A DNA stretch of 46,077 bases from Raillietiella orientalis (taxonomy: Eukaryota): assembly GCA_036172245.1 (NCBI GenBank), contig JAYWIR010000172.1, forward strand, positions 1 through 46,077, written 5' to 3'. Each line of letters begins with the position of its first letter. The first letter of the stretch is position 1. Position numbers and translations under genes: made by a program. Shown here in pieces: positions 9,821 to 23,100 of the stretch. The notes under the pieces were generated by a model that worked only from the letters and a program-made list of their open reading frames with translations, was not told the origin of the DNA and made no database searches.

Positions 9821-12800
9821 AGTCGTTTTCGATTTCAAGGTAAGAACCTATCGGATATGTCAGCATACGTCCTTTTGAGTTAAGTAGTCTCCGATGGGTT
9901 CTCTCGTCATTCTCGAGTGGCGAGTGCAGCATAGTATTCGATGCTGTATGTGGTTTCACGCGAGGATGGCATCTTCTGCACACTGGTGAAGAAGAAACGG
10001 CGACCACCACTACGATACTACGCTTGAAAGAAGCGTCCATACACCCTGGTCGGGCGCTTGCTCTTAAAAGAACCGCTGCTTCAGCTAAAGTTGGAATTCC
10101 AAAGAGTCAACCCTTTTTGGTTTTGCTGTGTCGACGTCGATTCTCCGTTCAGTGTACGCTGGTACATTTGTGCGCCTTACAGCTTTCGCAATCGATCGGA
10201 TGAGTGCGCTCCTCCTAAGGGGAAGACTGCAGAGAACTTTTCCCCCAGAGAACATCCCTCTTAGCGGCATCTATCGTGAAGGTCGCCGCTCCGTAATCTG
10301 TGCATCGCGTTGAAATGGAGCCATCGTATTGAGTTTCCGTATCGCAGTATCCGATATTCTTGGGTTCCTTCAAAATGGATACGGAAGAAAAAAAAAAGCA
10401 GTAATGTGCACTCGTAGATGAAAGACACCGTAGCTCATCTAAAGCGGAAAAGTCTTCAGGTAAAGTGGAATTCGAGGGCGCAAGGAGACATCGGCATGCC
10501 GGTAATCGAGGACAAATCGCCATGCTTAAGGACTTGGAGTACGTGGCTCGTTACGTGAGGCAGCGGAGCGAATGGCCGTTAATATTCCATCGGGCGTCTG
10601 CTGCCTACGCAGGATCTTGACTGCATGCAGCCACGCTGTCGCTGTGTTTTCCACAAATCCACATTGGGAAATTGCTTGAATGAGAAACCGACGGACGCCG
10701 GAAAGAAGATCGCGATCCTTGCGAACGGAGCCCTCTGTTTTAATCAAAAACAGAAACACGCTTTCGTGCAGCAAGATAATTCTAGCCGCGAGGTAAGTTC
10801 ACAGGTTTGCACTGCCGAAGACAGGTGCATCTCGGGAAAAGGCATTAAAACGCGAACAACTGCACCAATCCTCGAAAGCATCTTTGAGAGCTTTTCACAA
10901 TAGGAAATCTTTGTGGAATGTTGAACGCCCCAAAGCGAGGATTTGCATTCTGTGTGGATCCAGCGGTTCCGCCGAAGACGTCTCCTGGAGGCACTTCTCT
11001 GCGTTGAAGATAGCAGCAACAGCAGCGGAGCTATTCCATCAACCGAATTCTGCAGGATATGCGTATGCAATGTTCCACACTCGAACGCTTTCTTGTATTT
11101 CCCTGAGAAGCGAAAACCGCGTACGGAAGAAGAAGAATAATTCCTAATTCACAATGTAGGCAGGATGACGTTCGTGGCTTACAGACTTGTGCAGATCACG
11201 GTTTCTTCAGAAACGCTTTCGTCACGAAGGGCCAAGAGAGAGAGTAGGTTCGTGATGAGAAAACACACGCTTACAAATTTTTGTTCTCTTGTGCTCCCTG
11301 TTTGCTATTTTCGGTTCTCATGTTTGCTAGAACTCGGTGCTATATTCGTGGATGGCATCAAATGCAACGTCCTCCGACGGTGTGTTCGTATTCTGTATGT
11401 CTCTGTAAAGAAGAGTGGAGCAAAACATTCTTTGCAATAGGAGCGCGCATTTCTTAGATCAATCGGAATGATTGTTGCCGCACACAGCCACGAATCTCTT
11501 AAAGCTCCGACGAAAGTCTTTTGTCCCCATCATGCTCACAGACATGTGGTAATCCGTTGCGAACAAGTTTTGGCACTTACCAAAGAAAGGGTCGCAGTGC
11601 CAGTCCCGTAGTCAGGGATAATATCGATAACAACGTCTACCGAACGCAGACGCACGATGTTTATCTTGAAGTTGTCTGTCAGACGTATCCCAAGCCTCAC
11701 GGGTGTAGCGAGGACCCTGACCTCTCCTCACGAGCTATGCGCGTACCCCTCCATCGCTGTCTCCTAGTCCTTGCACGATCCGCACATGTCGGGTATCAAG
11801 AGCGTTTGCCAACGGAGTCGTCTGTCTTCCTTTCACTGATCGTCCCATGCAGTCACAATTGGCTGCGAGCATTTTCACGGGATGACAAGATGGCCTCCGC
11901 CTATCAGACCATGGCTGGCGGCACGTGCAAGCTGCTCCCCGTGGACGTGTGTGCCAGTTCGCGCTGTTGCGCAACAACGCAGAAAAGATGGGCTGCGTTC
12001 TTCACAAACAAGATTCGCCGGTCACGGGTGTCTGCACTGCAGGCGCAAAGTGCGGGCGCGTTTGCCTGCCAGGTGTGCGAGGTGCGTGCGCACTCTGCAA
12101 AGCGAATCCATGAGGCAAATCGGTGATCCTTATCGCCTTCCGGAAGGCGACTGTCTCTATCAAGCTGGTGCGCAGCAGCACACACGTGCACGACCCTGCC
12201 AGCCAAATCACACGCGGGTGAAACGCCTTCCTGGCGCAATTATCAATTCGCCCCAACCCACAAGCTTGCCTTAGGAACGGACGGTTGCCTTCGCAACTCA
12301 CTCGGTCCCCGGGTTCTATGCGAAAAGACGCCTTTTTGTAAATTACGTCAGTGAATTCTCCTTGGGCTGCCTCGAAACAACGTATTTTTTTTCGAACCAC
12401 AGAGGTCCGTTTAGGTGAAGTTTGTATGCTTTTTGCGGTCCTTTGAAGGCTGAGATTTCGGATTACGCGGCTTCTTCGGCTAAACAGGACGAGCGAATTC
12501 CGTTTTCTCAACGTATGGAAAGAAGGAAAATCGCCTTCACGAAATGGTACCTCGCTCCTGCGAGGGTTCACGGCGCTTTTGCGGGGGCGGCTACTGCAGC
12601 CTTCTTGCGAAGGATCAGCAGGCGTACGAGACCGACGGGAAGAACCCTTCCGTACTGTGCAAGGTAGGCATCCCATATTCTTTCTCGCTTCTTCCTCTAG
12701 GGGCTCAGAAAGCGGAACATCTCCAAGGATGTGGTAGGTAGTCATTCTGTCTGCGGGAAGAGGGCTGCAGCTTGTAAAGTTGAACTGCAAAAGCGCCTGG

Positions 12801-13329
12801 GCTCTCTCGACAGCTTGCAATTGGCTTGCCGAAGGGCGTGTGACGTTGTTCTTCGTCACCAAAGAACAAAGGTGCCTCCTTCACACCTTTGACCGCAGTT
12901 CTTTTTAATTATTGGAGCTCAATGGCAGGTGAATTCTTTAGAAATGGGAGTGTTTCTGCTGCATCACTGGAGTGGGAGACGTCTTAGGCCGTAGCTTCAC
13001 GAAGGTACTCACAGACGTGTTCACGTTCTGCCTACAAGCGCAAGGGGCTGACCAGTGCTCTGAAACTTCAAGTGTGCTTCCGGATGTCTGTGTGTCTCTC
13101 GTGTTTGAAGGCTGCCATCATTCTTCCCAGCTGTCAACAAAACATGCTACTCTTTTGCATTTCGATCTTCTGTGAGTGATTCACGTGATCTTCACAGAGC
13201 ATATTAAGCAGATCCATATGATCGTATTGATGCGGCTGCTATGATGTCACTGCTCTCTCAGCACCTGCGAAGTCGCGTTGCCGGTAAAATTATTTGTCTA
13301 TGGTAGCCATGAAAGATGTGCGCTTCTGC

Positions 13330-14560
13330 TGTAAAGGTTTAGGTGTCTAGCTGATTTTCAAGTGCCGTGAGTGGATTTAGCTCGTCCTAAACGAATGATA
13401 CACTTCCGACGGCAAGAAACGCGAGTTACACAGAAGGTGTTTCGAAGGGCTGTGGAGCGGATAGTTGGCTGAGGCAGTTGTGCACAGAGCCAACCTAATA
13501 GGTGGGGATTTCAACCTTACGCTGTTGTCAGGCGCACCTTATGAGCAAAAGCACGTCACAACGAGCTTTTAGGGACAGTGGTCGCGCTTAACATGTTGAA
13601 GAGAGCATCGAAAATGGATGACAGTGTGGATCACACGTTCCTTGATCATGACTTGCTTCCAAGTCATTGTCAAGAAAGTAGTCAACAAAAAAGGGTAGAA
13701 TCCATCCTGTCTTAGCGTACCCGGCTTGAATTTGAAGTGCTTATGCGCAGGAGACCTCCGTCCAAGGAGCGGTATCTCCCAACGGACTGGTTAAATCTTC
13801 CAGTCTCGGAGAAAGATCTTCTCTAATTCCTGTAAGATTTCACCCACCATAATGTCGTTAGCAGATGCTGCAACCCAGATTGCGCCGCTTAATGGACTTG
13901 TGCGCTGGAGCGAGCTAATCGGAATACCGCTGGAGGAGGTGAAGTGGCCTCCAAAGCATTGGAAAAAGGGCATCCTCCTTTTGAATTGTCAGGAGACGGC
14001 GCTGCAAGTGCTGCATTGTGCTCCTTTGCAGAGCGCATCTCTCTCAGTGGGCGTCAGGGAACATGGATGCCAATTGTGCAGGGTGCGGGGAACGGGAAAA
14101 CTTACCTCACGTCCTCATCGAGTGTGTCGCCCTACGCCTAAGGAAGGATCGACACTCGTCAATTGTGAACACTTTTGTGGGGGACCGAGAAGACATTTTC
14201 CGTCGCCTCTAGATGCGAAATGCCCTGCCAGCTACTGCGTTTATTGCAGTTCTTCGTTGGATACGCAGAAACCTGGAGAAGTGGACTCCGTCGAGGAGAG
14301 AACACCAAAACCGGATGCAATTCATTGGGCAGTCATCTCCATGTAGAGGGTTTCCCGATGGCGTTGGCTAAGAAAACATTTAATGGCATTTGTCCTAATC
14401 CAAAATTGGATGCAGAGGCCTTCTCGCGGCGTACCTGATCTCTTTCTTTCCATCCCCACCTCACAAAACTTGTTTCCTCCCGGAGGTTTTCTCTCTTTCG
14501 TTCGTTTTTGGTTTTCCCGCCTCCTTCGTCGGTGTAGACGACCTCATCGGCTTGCAAGTC
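13330..14560 (+). mobile_element. Old, internally deleted LINE copy (EN C-terminus fused at ~13853 to ORF2 C-terminus and 3' UTR)
   Basis: NLIGGDFNLTLLSG and DDSVDHTF, then LADAATQIAPLNGLVRW and CAGCGERENLPHVLIEC; RT missing. Confidence 0.82.
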
Positions 14561-17500
14561 GGTATGGACAAGTGAAACAAGATAATCAGAACCTCATGTT
14601 ATGTCTGAACAAAACTACAAAAAAGACCGAATTTTATTCTCAAGTTTATTGTAAAATTTGAGTATTCTAATCCCTGGCTTATCCGGTTGGAAAATCATAA
14701 TCCGTGGAATGGGAGAGTTCCAAGCAATATTATCGATGGTCTGCGAGCAGCCGCTGCTGCTTAAAGCATGTGTGGGAAGAGCCTGTTTTGCAGTGTAACA
14801 CTCGCTCGTCCAACGGTACAAGAGCATCTCAGACGTCCTCCGGCTGGCTAAGCACTGACCTGGTGCGTAGAATAACACCTGACAGTCTGAATTGGCCATT
14901 TTATTGGGAGACCAGTGCCGGATTGCTACGGTACGATAGTCGTTTCATGCCAACGTACTATTGTTCCCTTGACTTCACACCTTTTCTGAAGGAAGATTTT
15001 CCTCACCTTTTGCTGCCGGTTGACGTCTAGGCGATAAGGGATATATACAGATTAGGTAGTCTCGACAAGCCTTTCGCGATCAGTGTCTTCATCACCGCTA
15101 TTGAAAATTGAAAGGGAGGGAAGGTACCAGGCGAGAACGACCTGCTTCTTTGCTGTGTCCGTGTTTCACAGCAGAGTTGACCACCCTGGAGCAGAAGTTC
15201 TCTTAGCTGATCCCCGACGAAAAGTGGGCGCTGTAGCTGCAATTGGTTTGCTAGTGCGTGCTGTTTGCGACACCTCCGCAGGAGCTGAGGTAGCTCACGT
15301 AGTCTTGGTACAGTGCCAAGCCCTTGATGACAGGAGTTGGCGTTACTGATGCTGCATTCGGAAGCAAAGCACGTTTCCATCATTTGACACGTGAAACTGC
15401 GGTTGCCAACAAGATCGATGCGAAGAAAAGGAAACGTTACTGAATTTCCTGTTAGGCTGTGTTGCACTCCCTTTCTCTGAGGATAGTTTCTCGGCGACTT
15501 CAGGAATCCCGGCTGGAGACTGAAGAGATATTTGCAAAACGCCTTTTCGCGCGTCCCGCACTACCTCCAGCTTTTTTCATCGCAGTAAGAATAATTATTT
15601 GTAGTAATGTACGTGAATTTTGGTTCCGAAGTATATAGTGGTGTTGGTTAGGTTGGTAGTTGTGAGTGTGGGTTTGTGAATTATTCGTTAGAATGGAGTA
15701 GCATTCATGGAATGATCGTCAATGGGGTTGGGGAGGAATGGAGTGATACGTATTTTGTTTTGCATAATAGGTGTTTTCTGTTTCTAAGATATGTAATGGT
15801 TGTTTCTTTTTTGATTATGGTGTATAAATAGAAATATGTGACCTTTTTGTATTTGCGGTGTGCTGGCAGCATGGTGCACAAACAGAAAAGATAGAAATGG
15901 TGAAGCATCCATCCACTTATCAGCAATCTTCTTGATCACTTTCTCGAAATGGTCCCAATTGTGAGTGATACGTAAACAACTAAGCCTAATATGAAGGATG
16001 CTGAGATCGTCTCTTGAGAAATGTGTGACCACTTTTACTGTCACCTCTCGCCCCCCGGTGAAACTTATTTCTCCATTTAGCATTTTGTTGGTTTCTTGGT
16101 TTCGGGTTTTTTCTTCCCTATTGCTCTAGAAATGAAGGTCATCCCTCTACGTGGCGGTCATGACAACTTGCGTGCACATGATGATGCAACCAACTGCTTC
16201 GCCTCAACTGAGCACTGAACATTACTGAAGAATATAGTGTCCCTGCAAAATCGTGTTCAACACTTCCAGATGAAGCTAACGTCTTTGCTGATGTCCCTGC
16301 TCTGGATTCTGACCTTTTCGTTCTTGTCCCTTCCAAAGCAAAGAGTGCGGGCTCGAGAGATGCTCCTGTTGCATACTCCACACAAACCGCTTTCTGGCTC
16401 GCGAGAGCTATCTTTATATAAGATCACTTGCCCTGTAGCGGTACTGATGAGGCAGAGCAATGCCACGACGTACACGCGGGGCATCGGGTGCGGTTTCTTC
16501 GGATACGGAGCGTTTTCCATACCAGTGGGTAATTCTCCCACAAGGCAGGAGTGCGTTGATGACGATCCGATTTCATCTGCACAAGGAACCATCGCACGAA
16601 AGCAGCCATTCTTCTCGCCACGAAGGCGACCGATGCGTACTCAGCCGAGGTGCCAGCCTGAATACAGCGTTTGTACGCATGATAATTACCTTCATAGCGG
16701 TTGCTTTCTCGCTACAAGAACTGGCAAAGGATATTGGAAGGGCTCAATATTCTGCTGATCCATCATTCTACTTAATACTTCCGGAACGACTTCCCTCTTT
16801 GCTGCCTGTCCGCCTGTCCCACCAGCCTACAGCACTGCTTGCTCGTCATCGCCTTCTCTCCTTCTCCAGTAACAGCGAGAAGAGAGCTCATCGTTGACCA
16901 ACGAGTGCTGAAGGAGCTGGAGCAGCCCTGCGGATCGGTCGCGACCTCTGCAAGCGCACTGCTGCGAACGTAATTCTCGTTCTTTGTCCAAGCGTCCGTT
17001 ATGTAATTCGTACATGTTCGCACACGATTTTTCACGTTGCTTCCACGTCTTCTCAATATCGATATATTGCTGGTAGCACTCTTTACAGTTCACGACATAC
17101 TTTTCGTTTCAATTGTAAATCGCCAAAAACTTAATTAAATCGAAAATTTCGAGCATCGCATTTTCTTGTGTCCTCCCTTCGTTTCGGGAGCCTTCTCTCC
17201 GATCTTCTGTTCCTGTTTTATGGGACCGATGTCCCCAAATTATCGGAATTTTTAAGAAATGTTTCAGGGCAACAGGGTGGGAAAGCACCGCATTTTGAAG
17301 TGAAATGTAAAGAAGGGAATTCCCTTTGTATACAGACGCTTCAGTCGTTACATTCCGACGCCATCATCATCTGTTTAGGATCTTTTATTTCTTCTTCATA
17401 AGGATTCTATGCTTTAAGACATCGTCTACTAAACAAACACCATAGAGTTCGCGTCTTTGCAAGTGATCTTGTTGGACGTGTCAGCGCATTCCACTTCTAC

Positions 17501-20199
17501 ATAGTCTTCGTATTTTCTTTTATTGCTTCTGTTGTTGTCTTGTGTTTCATTTGGCCAGGTTGTCGCGATATGAGGCACTTCTCTGCTTTCTCCAGACATT
17601 GCTATTCGGAGCAGATAGTGCACAGAATCTCAGACAGATATCTCCACTGTGTTTAGCATTTTAACGATTGCTCGTTTGGAAAGGTCTGTAGATTCTCGAT
17701 CACGAAATTCATCCTGCAATCTGACCTGCACACTCTGATGACGACCTAAGCACGGGTTGGTTTTCAAAACGTATTCAGCTTCGTGTACTTTGCGTGATGG
17801 CTGCTTCGAAATGATCTGCAAGACCATCTAAAAATTAAAAAGAGTATCAGACGACATTTCCTGGTGTTGCTCCAAGATTCCTTCTTTCAGAACTGTACGT
17901 CGCCTATAGCAGCTCAGGGCTGGAGTCCGACTAGAATGTTGACACGGTTTACAGATATGTAGGCGAAGGTGCTCAACCATGCGTAAACAGTTTTCTTGGT
18001 TATATATTCCTACGTTTAATTCAATTGACAGGTGAAGTCTATCCATGTGGAGTTTCAAAGAGCAATCAGCATGCAGCGCTACTGCAGCCTGGACACTATC
18101 ATTATCAAGAACACTGCAACGTTGTTCACTCGTCCCACGATGGCGGAGCTGCGCTTTTATTATCCTGAACATCTCAGGTGCATAAACGGAGAGCTTGAAG
18201 AGTGCTATCGCTGACTGATTTGGTCTACAGACTGGCAAGTTTCGAAACTGTGGATTGATGCGTTAAGTGCAAAGAGGAAGAGCTTCCAGCGCGTGAACTT
18301 TTGCATTAAAGACGAAGAAATTTCGGAAAAGAATTGCTAATGCACACTCTGAGGCTTATCGAAATATCACCTGCCAAACCGCTGGATGACCACGAATTCG
18401 GGCTTGGAAATCGCTCTGCAAGCACGTTCTTCCTCGGCGCAACACACGCATGCGCACCGGAACAAATCTGGCGAGTGGTCGGAGGCTGCTTTACAGTGAG
18501 CAAGGCAATGAACTCCCCGCGCGTTTCTCGTGCATTTGCAGCTGAGATGCACGCAAGTGGGGAGGAGAACCGGGGGAGACTTCTGCGGGAACATCGCTGC
18601 TCCTCCTACCGCACGCATATTGGACCCCTCCGTGGGAACGTGATGCCTCAAGGATTCAACTCATCCCGCATGCTGGACCAATTACGCCGTTAAACGCAAC
18701 ATTTTGCAGCCCAGGGCGAATTACAGAACGTCCAGCTCTCCTGAAAATCAGGCTTTAGTCCTAAAGCCGGATTTTAGCTGCTTAGTCTCCGTCGGTCTAG
18801 GATGAGCATGAAGGCCGTCTCCATGCCGTCTTTGCCGGCAAATATCATGTCATCAGCGTGCCCGGGTCAGTGCGCGCTTCTCATGAATTTCCATTTTCAG
18901 AGCGAGCGCCCAGGATGCAGAAGGCTGCGCTTCCTTTAATCGCGTTGCATGATCTAGGGCGGGGCTGGAAAGGTCTGCTTCAGGCGCATGATGCAGATAG
19001 GATTCCATGAGGGGTGCTGCTGTTGTGGAAAAGGATTGGGAAGCAGAAAAGGGCAATCGACAGAAGGAGGAACCAAGAGAGGTAGATAGAGGAGGACGGT
19101 GGGGAAGCAAGGAGAGAACGCAAGAATGAGGGGAGGAGGAGGACAAGACTAAAAGTAATTTAGGAGAAGTAATAGGGACCTAGGAGGACCCGCAGGAAAG
19201 AAACAGGAGAAGTTGAAAAAGAAAACGATAAAAGGAATGTACTGTGAAAACAAGGAACAGAAGAAGGGAATGAGGAAGAAAGGAAAATGGACGCTTCACG
19301 GGATTTCGTGCCCCAACTCGTTCTATTCCCTTTGCATGTTCTTCTATTTGTTTCGCAACACAGGCAGCATGAAGGCCACACAGCGAGGGTTTTAACTTGG
19401 ATGAGGGATGCGAATTTTAAAAGCGCCACTTGCCAGTCGACGCCGATCCAGACTGAGAAGGTCTCCTTCCAAGCACGCCAGCGACCAGGAAATAAAAGAA
19501 GGAAACATGTCTTTGGAAAAAAGATTCGAAAGTCCCTCCTTAGCAACGCGTGAGTGAAAATAACAGTGAGACAAAAGGGTAAAAAACAGGCTTTGCGAGT
19601 TCCTTTGTTTTTTATGATCTTCCCTTCAAGGAACGCACGGTTCTTGCACAGGGCTCTTGCCGTGCAGGCAGGGGTAGCTTTTACGTGTAGATGGAGGAAG
19701 GAAACACAAGAGCGAAGACGATTTGATTCCTTGGAAAACGAAGGAAGCGAAGGTAATAGCAGTCCATGGCAAGCCAGAAAGAATTTAAGACTACAAGTTC
19801 TGCGTTTAAGACCCACCAGCCGTCTCCACACCTCGAAAAGCGCATCCCTCGTTTAAACCTCTGTTTGTTTGCTGCGGCTGTTTTTTCATTTCAAAAGCAG
19901 CCTCCAAAAAATAAGAAGCATTCGCGGAAAAAAATATTTCTTCAAATTCTACCCACTTGTACACCTCCCTTTCCGTCCTCCTTAGCTGGTTGGATGAGTT
20001 AAGGCAAAAGGAGCAGTCTCAGCAGCAAAACGCATCCTCAGGAGCCTTCCCAGAATCTGCAGGTACCTCTATATTACCGTTGATCGACCTCTTCGGACTG
20101 GTCGCTGGCAGGAGAAGTGGACGTGGCGAACGCAGAAGCCGGATGCAATCACCTGACAGTCGTTGCGATCCAGGAAACGACGAGATCGACAAGACTTGC

Positions 20200-23100
20200 G
20201 AGTGGGCTGCAACTGATGGTTTCGTCGGCTGACCGCTCACGCACAGACAAATAGATGTCTCTATAGTCCGCGACATCCGCACCTCAGTCCATCAGTGGAG
20301 GACCAAAACGAGCACGAGAGAAGAGGGAAGGTTCCTTCATCCATTTTTGTCTGAACGTCTTCGAAATCGGGCACCAGTATACATAGAGAAGACAGCATCT
20401 TGTCGCCAGGACCAGGAAAAGTAACGTTGGCAGGTTTCTTAGAGCTTGTTGTTCGTAGCCTGGAGAAACTGATCTTGGCTTATCGACCTCAAAGATGCGC
20501 ATCCAATCTGCATCTTCTTGCTAAGGTCTCTGGGATGGACTGCTGGATCGCGACGTGTGGCTGGATCGTCTCAAATTGGGCAGCTCGATATCTATTCGGA
20601 GGAAATTGACATTCCCAAGCTTTTGTAGTGCGGGATGACTTCCTGAAGAAGAATGAGACCCTCGTATAGCTTGTAACGCAGTAACGTCGCTTTCTTAATC
20701 CCCTGGTGCTTCCTGCACGAAATCTTTAAGTAATATGGGAGCTGTGGAGAGCGCTGCGATGTCTTTCCCTGGGATCCAGTTCAACCTGCATTTTAGGTAT
20801 TCGTCCAACTTCTTCCCTGAAAACCACTAAAACAGAATCCTGAAACCAAAAAGTAACGAAAGAAGCACTGTTTCTTCATTGGGAGCGTACGCTTCTCCCT
20901 TATGGCAGGAACCTTTCATAATTGTTTTGACGTCTCATGTCCACCTACCATCTGATGTCTAAAGAGAAGCTTCTGCACTTTGCGCCTACTTAGAGGCGTT
21001 ATTCAACTTGAAGTCCCATTTGTCTCAACAGCCTCTTTCTTCGTTTCGATGTGCAGAATTCTATGAATTCTCATTCTTCATTTTCCCTCTTTGTCCAATT
21101 TCTGCTCCACCCTCTAGTCCTCCTTGTACGACAGCAATCCTTTTACTCCCTCTCTTCCTTTTAGTACGCTTCTTTTCCTTTTCCATACACTGTCCATCTC
21201 TTTCACTCTGCCAGATCTTCCCTATTTTTATTATCCTCTACATCCTCCACCTTCATCTTCTACTCCTCCTTTGCATTGCTGCCTTATCTAGTGATCGACA
21301 ACTGGAACTGCTTCTAACGTAATGGTTTTACCGGGAAGAGGAGGGTTACAACAAACAGCAACCGTCATCTTTTGGAGATTGCTGCACTTATCAATGCCCT
21401 GATTACCGGATTCTAGAATCCATGCGGGTGTATCCAACGTAAGAGCGTGTGCGAGCAGCTCTACATATTTTCCTTTTCTGCCTCGTCGTTCACAGTGATT
21501 CTATCTTTTCGTGTGTTGACGTTCGCAAGAGAATTATCTTGCATGCTGATTTTCCGGAGTGCCATGGGTATGGCTGAGCACTCATCGAATGCACGTTCAT
21601 CTTTCGTGATGCTCGCAACATGTGTCTCCCTAAATATAATTCCATCTATTTTTCCGCTTTCGTGACAACAGGAGAATTCGCATCACCTGTTTCCCATGAT
21701 CTTTCTGAGATCTCGGTTTGCAAGCAGAAACTCTGGTTCCAGCTGTCTGTGGCACTGACCGTTGATTTCGTAAGCATCCACGAGAAGCGCACGAACTTCG
21801 TTCTCGAGAATCCACCTGATGCACATTCCGATTTGTGCTTCCAAGCGCGCTCTTGTGCGCGCGTCGAAAACGTTGCGAAGTGTGAAAAACAAATGCAAGT
21901 TGACGGGTCACTTCGGAGAAGCGTGCGCTACTGAATTCAAAGTTTGCGAATGTATAAGGAAGGCAAGCAGCCCTCTTTCTTCATGGCGTGCGCGCACCTT
22001 TTTTTTTTCTCAGGATGCACGCTGCTCTGCGCGCTCGTACGCAACTCGCAATCTTCACTTTTACAGACATCCACAAGCCCGCATACCTCGGATCTTTTGG
22101 ATCTTATTCGGTGTAAGTTTGGGTAGAGTTCTCGGTGTTCCTTTTCTCTTTGAGTCCCCATCACCGTCATTTTACTTACTTCTACAGCCTCAGCATCCCT
22201 TCGCCGTCGTCCCACTCACTCTCCACAGCGGATTAGCTCATTCATGATCTTCCCCTCCCTTATGTCATGTTCATACCTTATTCCTTCCTTCCCTCACCCG
22301 ACTATCGTTATCGTTCCAAACACTGTCCTTTTTCTTGTGTTCACCTTTCCATTCCTTCTTCGTTCTCCTCCTGGCTTTCTTCCTTCTTCTTTTTTCCATT
22401 CCATTGTGCTGCTATACCCAAACCATTCTCACTCTCCATTTTGCCTCTTCCTCCGTCGCCCTTCCCATTAACCCTTAAGGATCCCGGTGTTGCGTCTTTC
22501 TGCTATTTTTCTACTCCGACTTCCGCTTCCCGCTCTCTTTCACTCGCTGCACGCGTTTCCAACACGGCGCTTTTTCATTCTTCGGTTCTCCTTCCCTCCG
22601 CTTCCCGCCCTCATGATGAGACTGCTTCTTGTCTGCGCAAGGATTCCGGATGAGGAAGATGCATAGGAACGTGTGCATATTTCCATGAACCATGAAACCG
22701 CGCACTGCATTTTCTATTCTTTGAAAAGACGTCCGCATAAATCTGCGTCACTGTCGGCGATCAAGGGGAACGCGCATTTCTACGACAACAGCATACTGAA
22801 AGGTCAATTTCCGTCTCACCAGAAGAGATCAAGAAGAGCAGCCGCTGACAGGCTGCAGGCACTTGACTGTGTAACAAAATTGGGATCACGTCGCACATCC
22901 TACTCTTTACCGCTACTGGATTTACCATTGTGGCTCTTCAATTGACACGCAAACGCTCGTAATGCTGATACCTATCCATGGAAGCACCTTGAAGCCTCCA
23001 ATTTTCTTTGTACATGTCCTTTCAAGTTCGGAGGTGATCGATTCGCTACCGTTGAAGAATTTCGTGTGCTTCGGAGCGAACTAAAGTTTCTTCTGGAACG

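Noticed and set aside
12002..12862. 286-codon minus-strand ORF
   Set aside because: No motif; Arg/Ser-rich composition typical of spurious frames.
19160..19831. 223-codon Phe/Leu/Ser-rich ORF as a membrane protein
   Set aside because: Explained by the purine-rich opposite strand.
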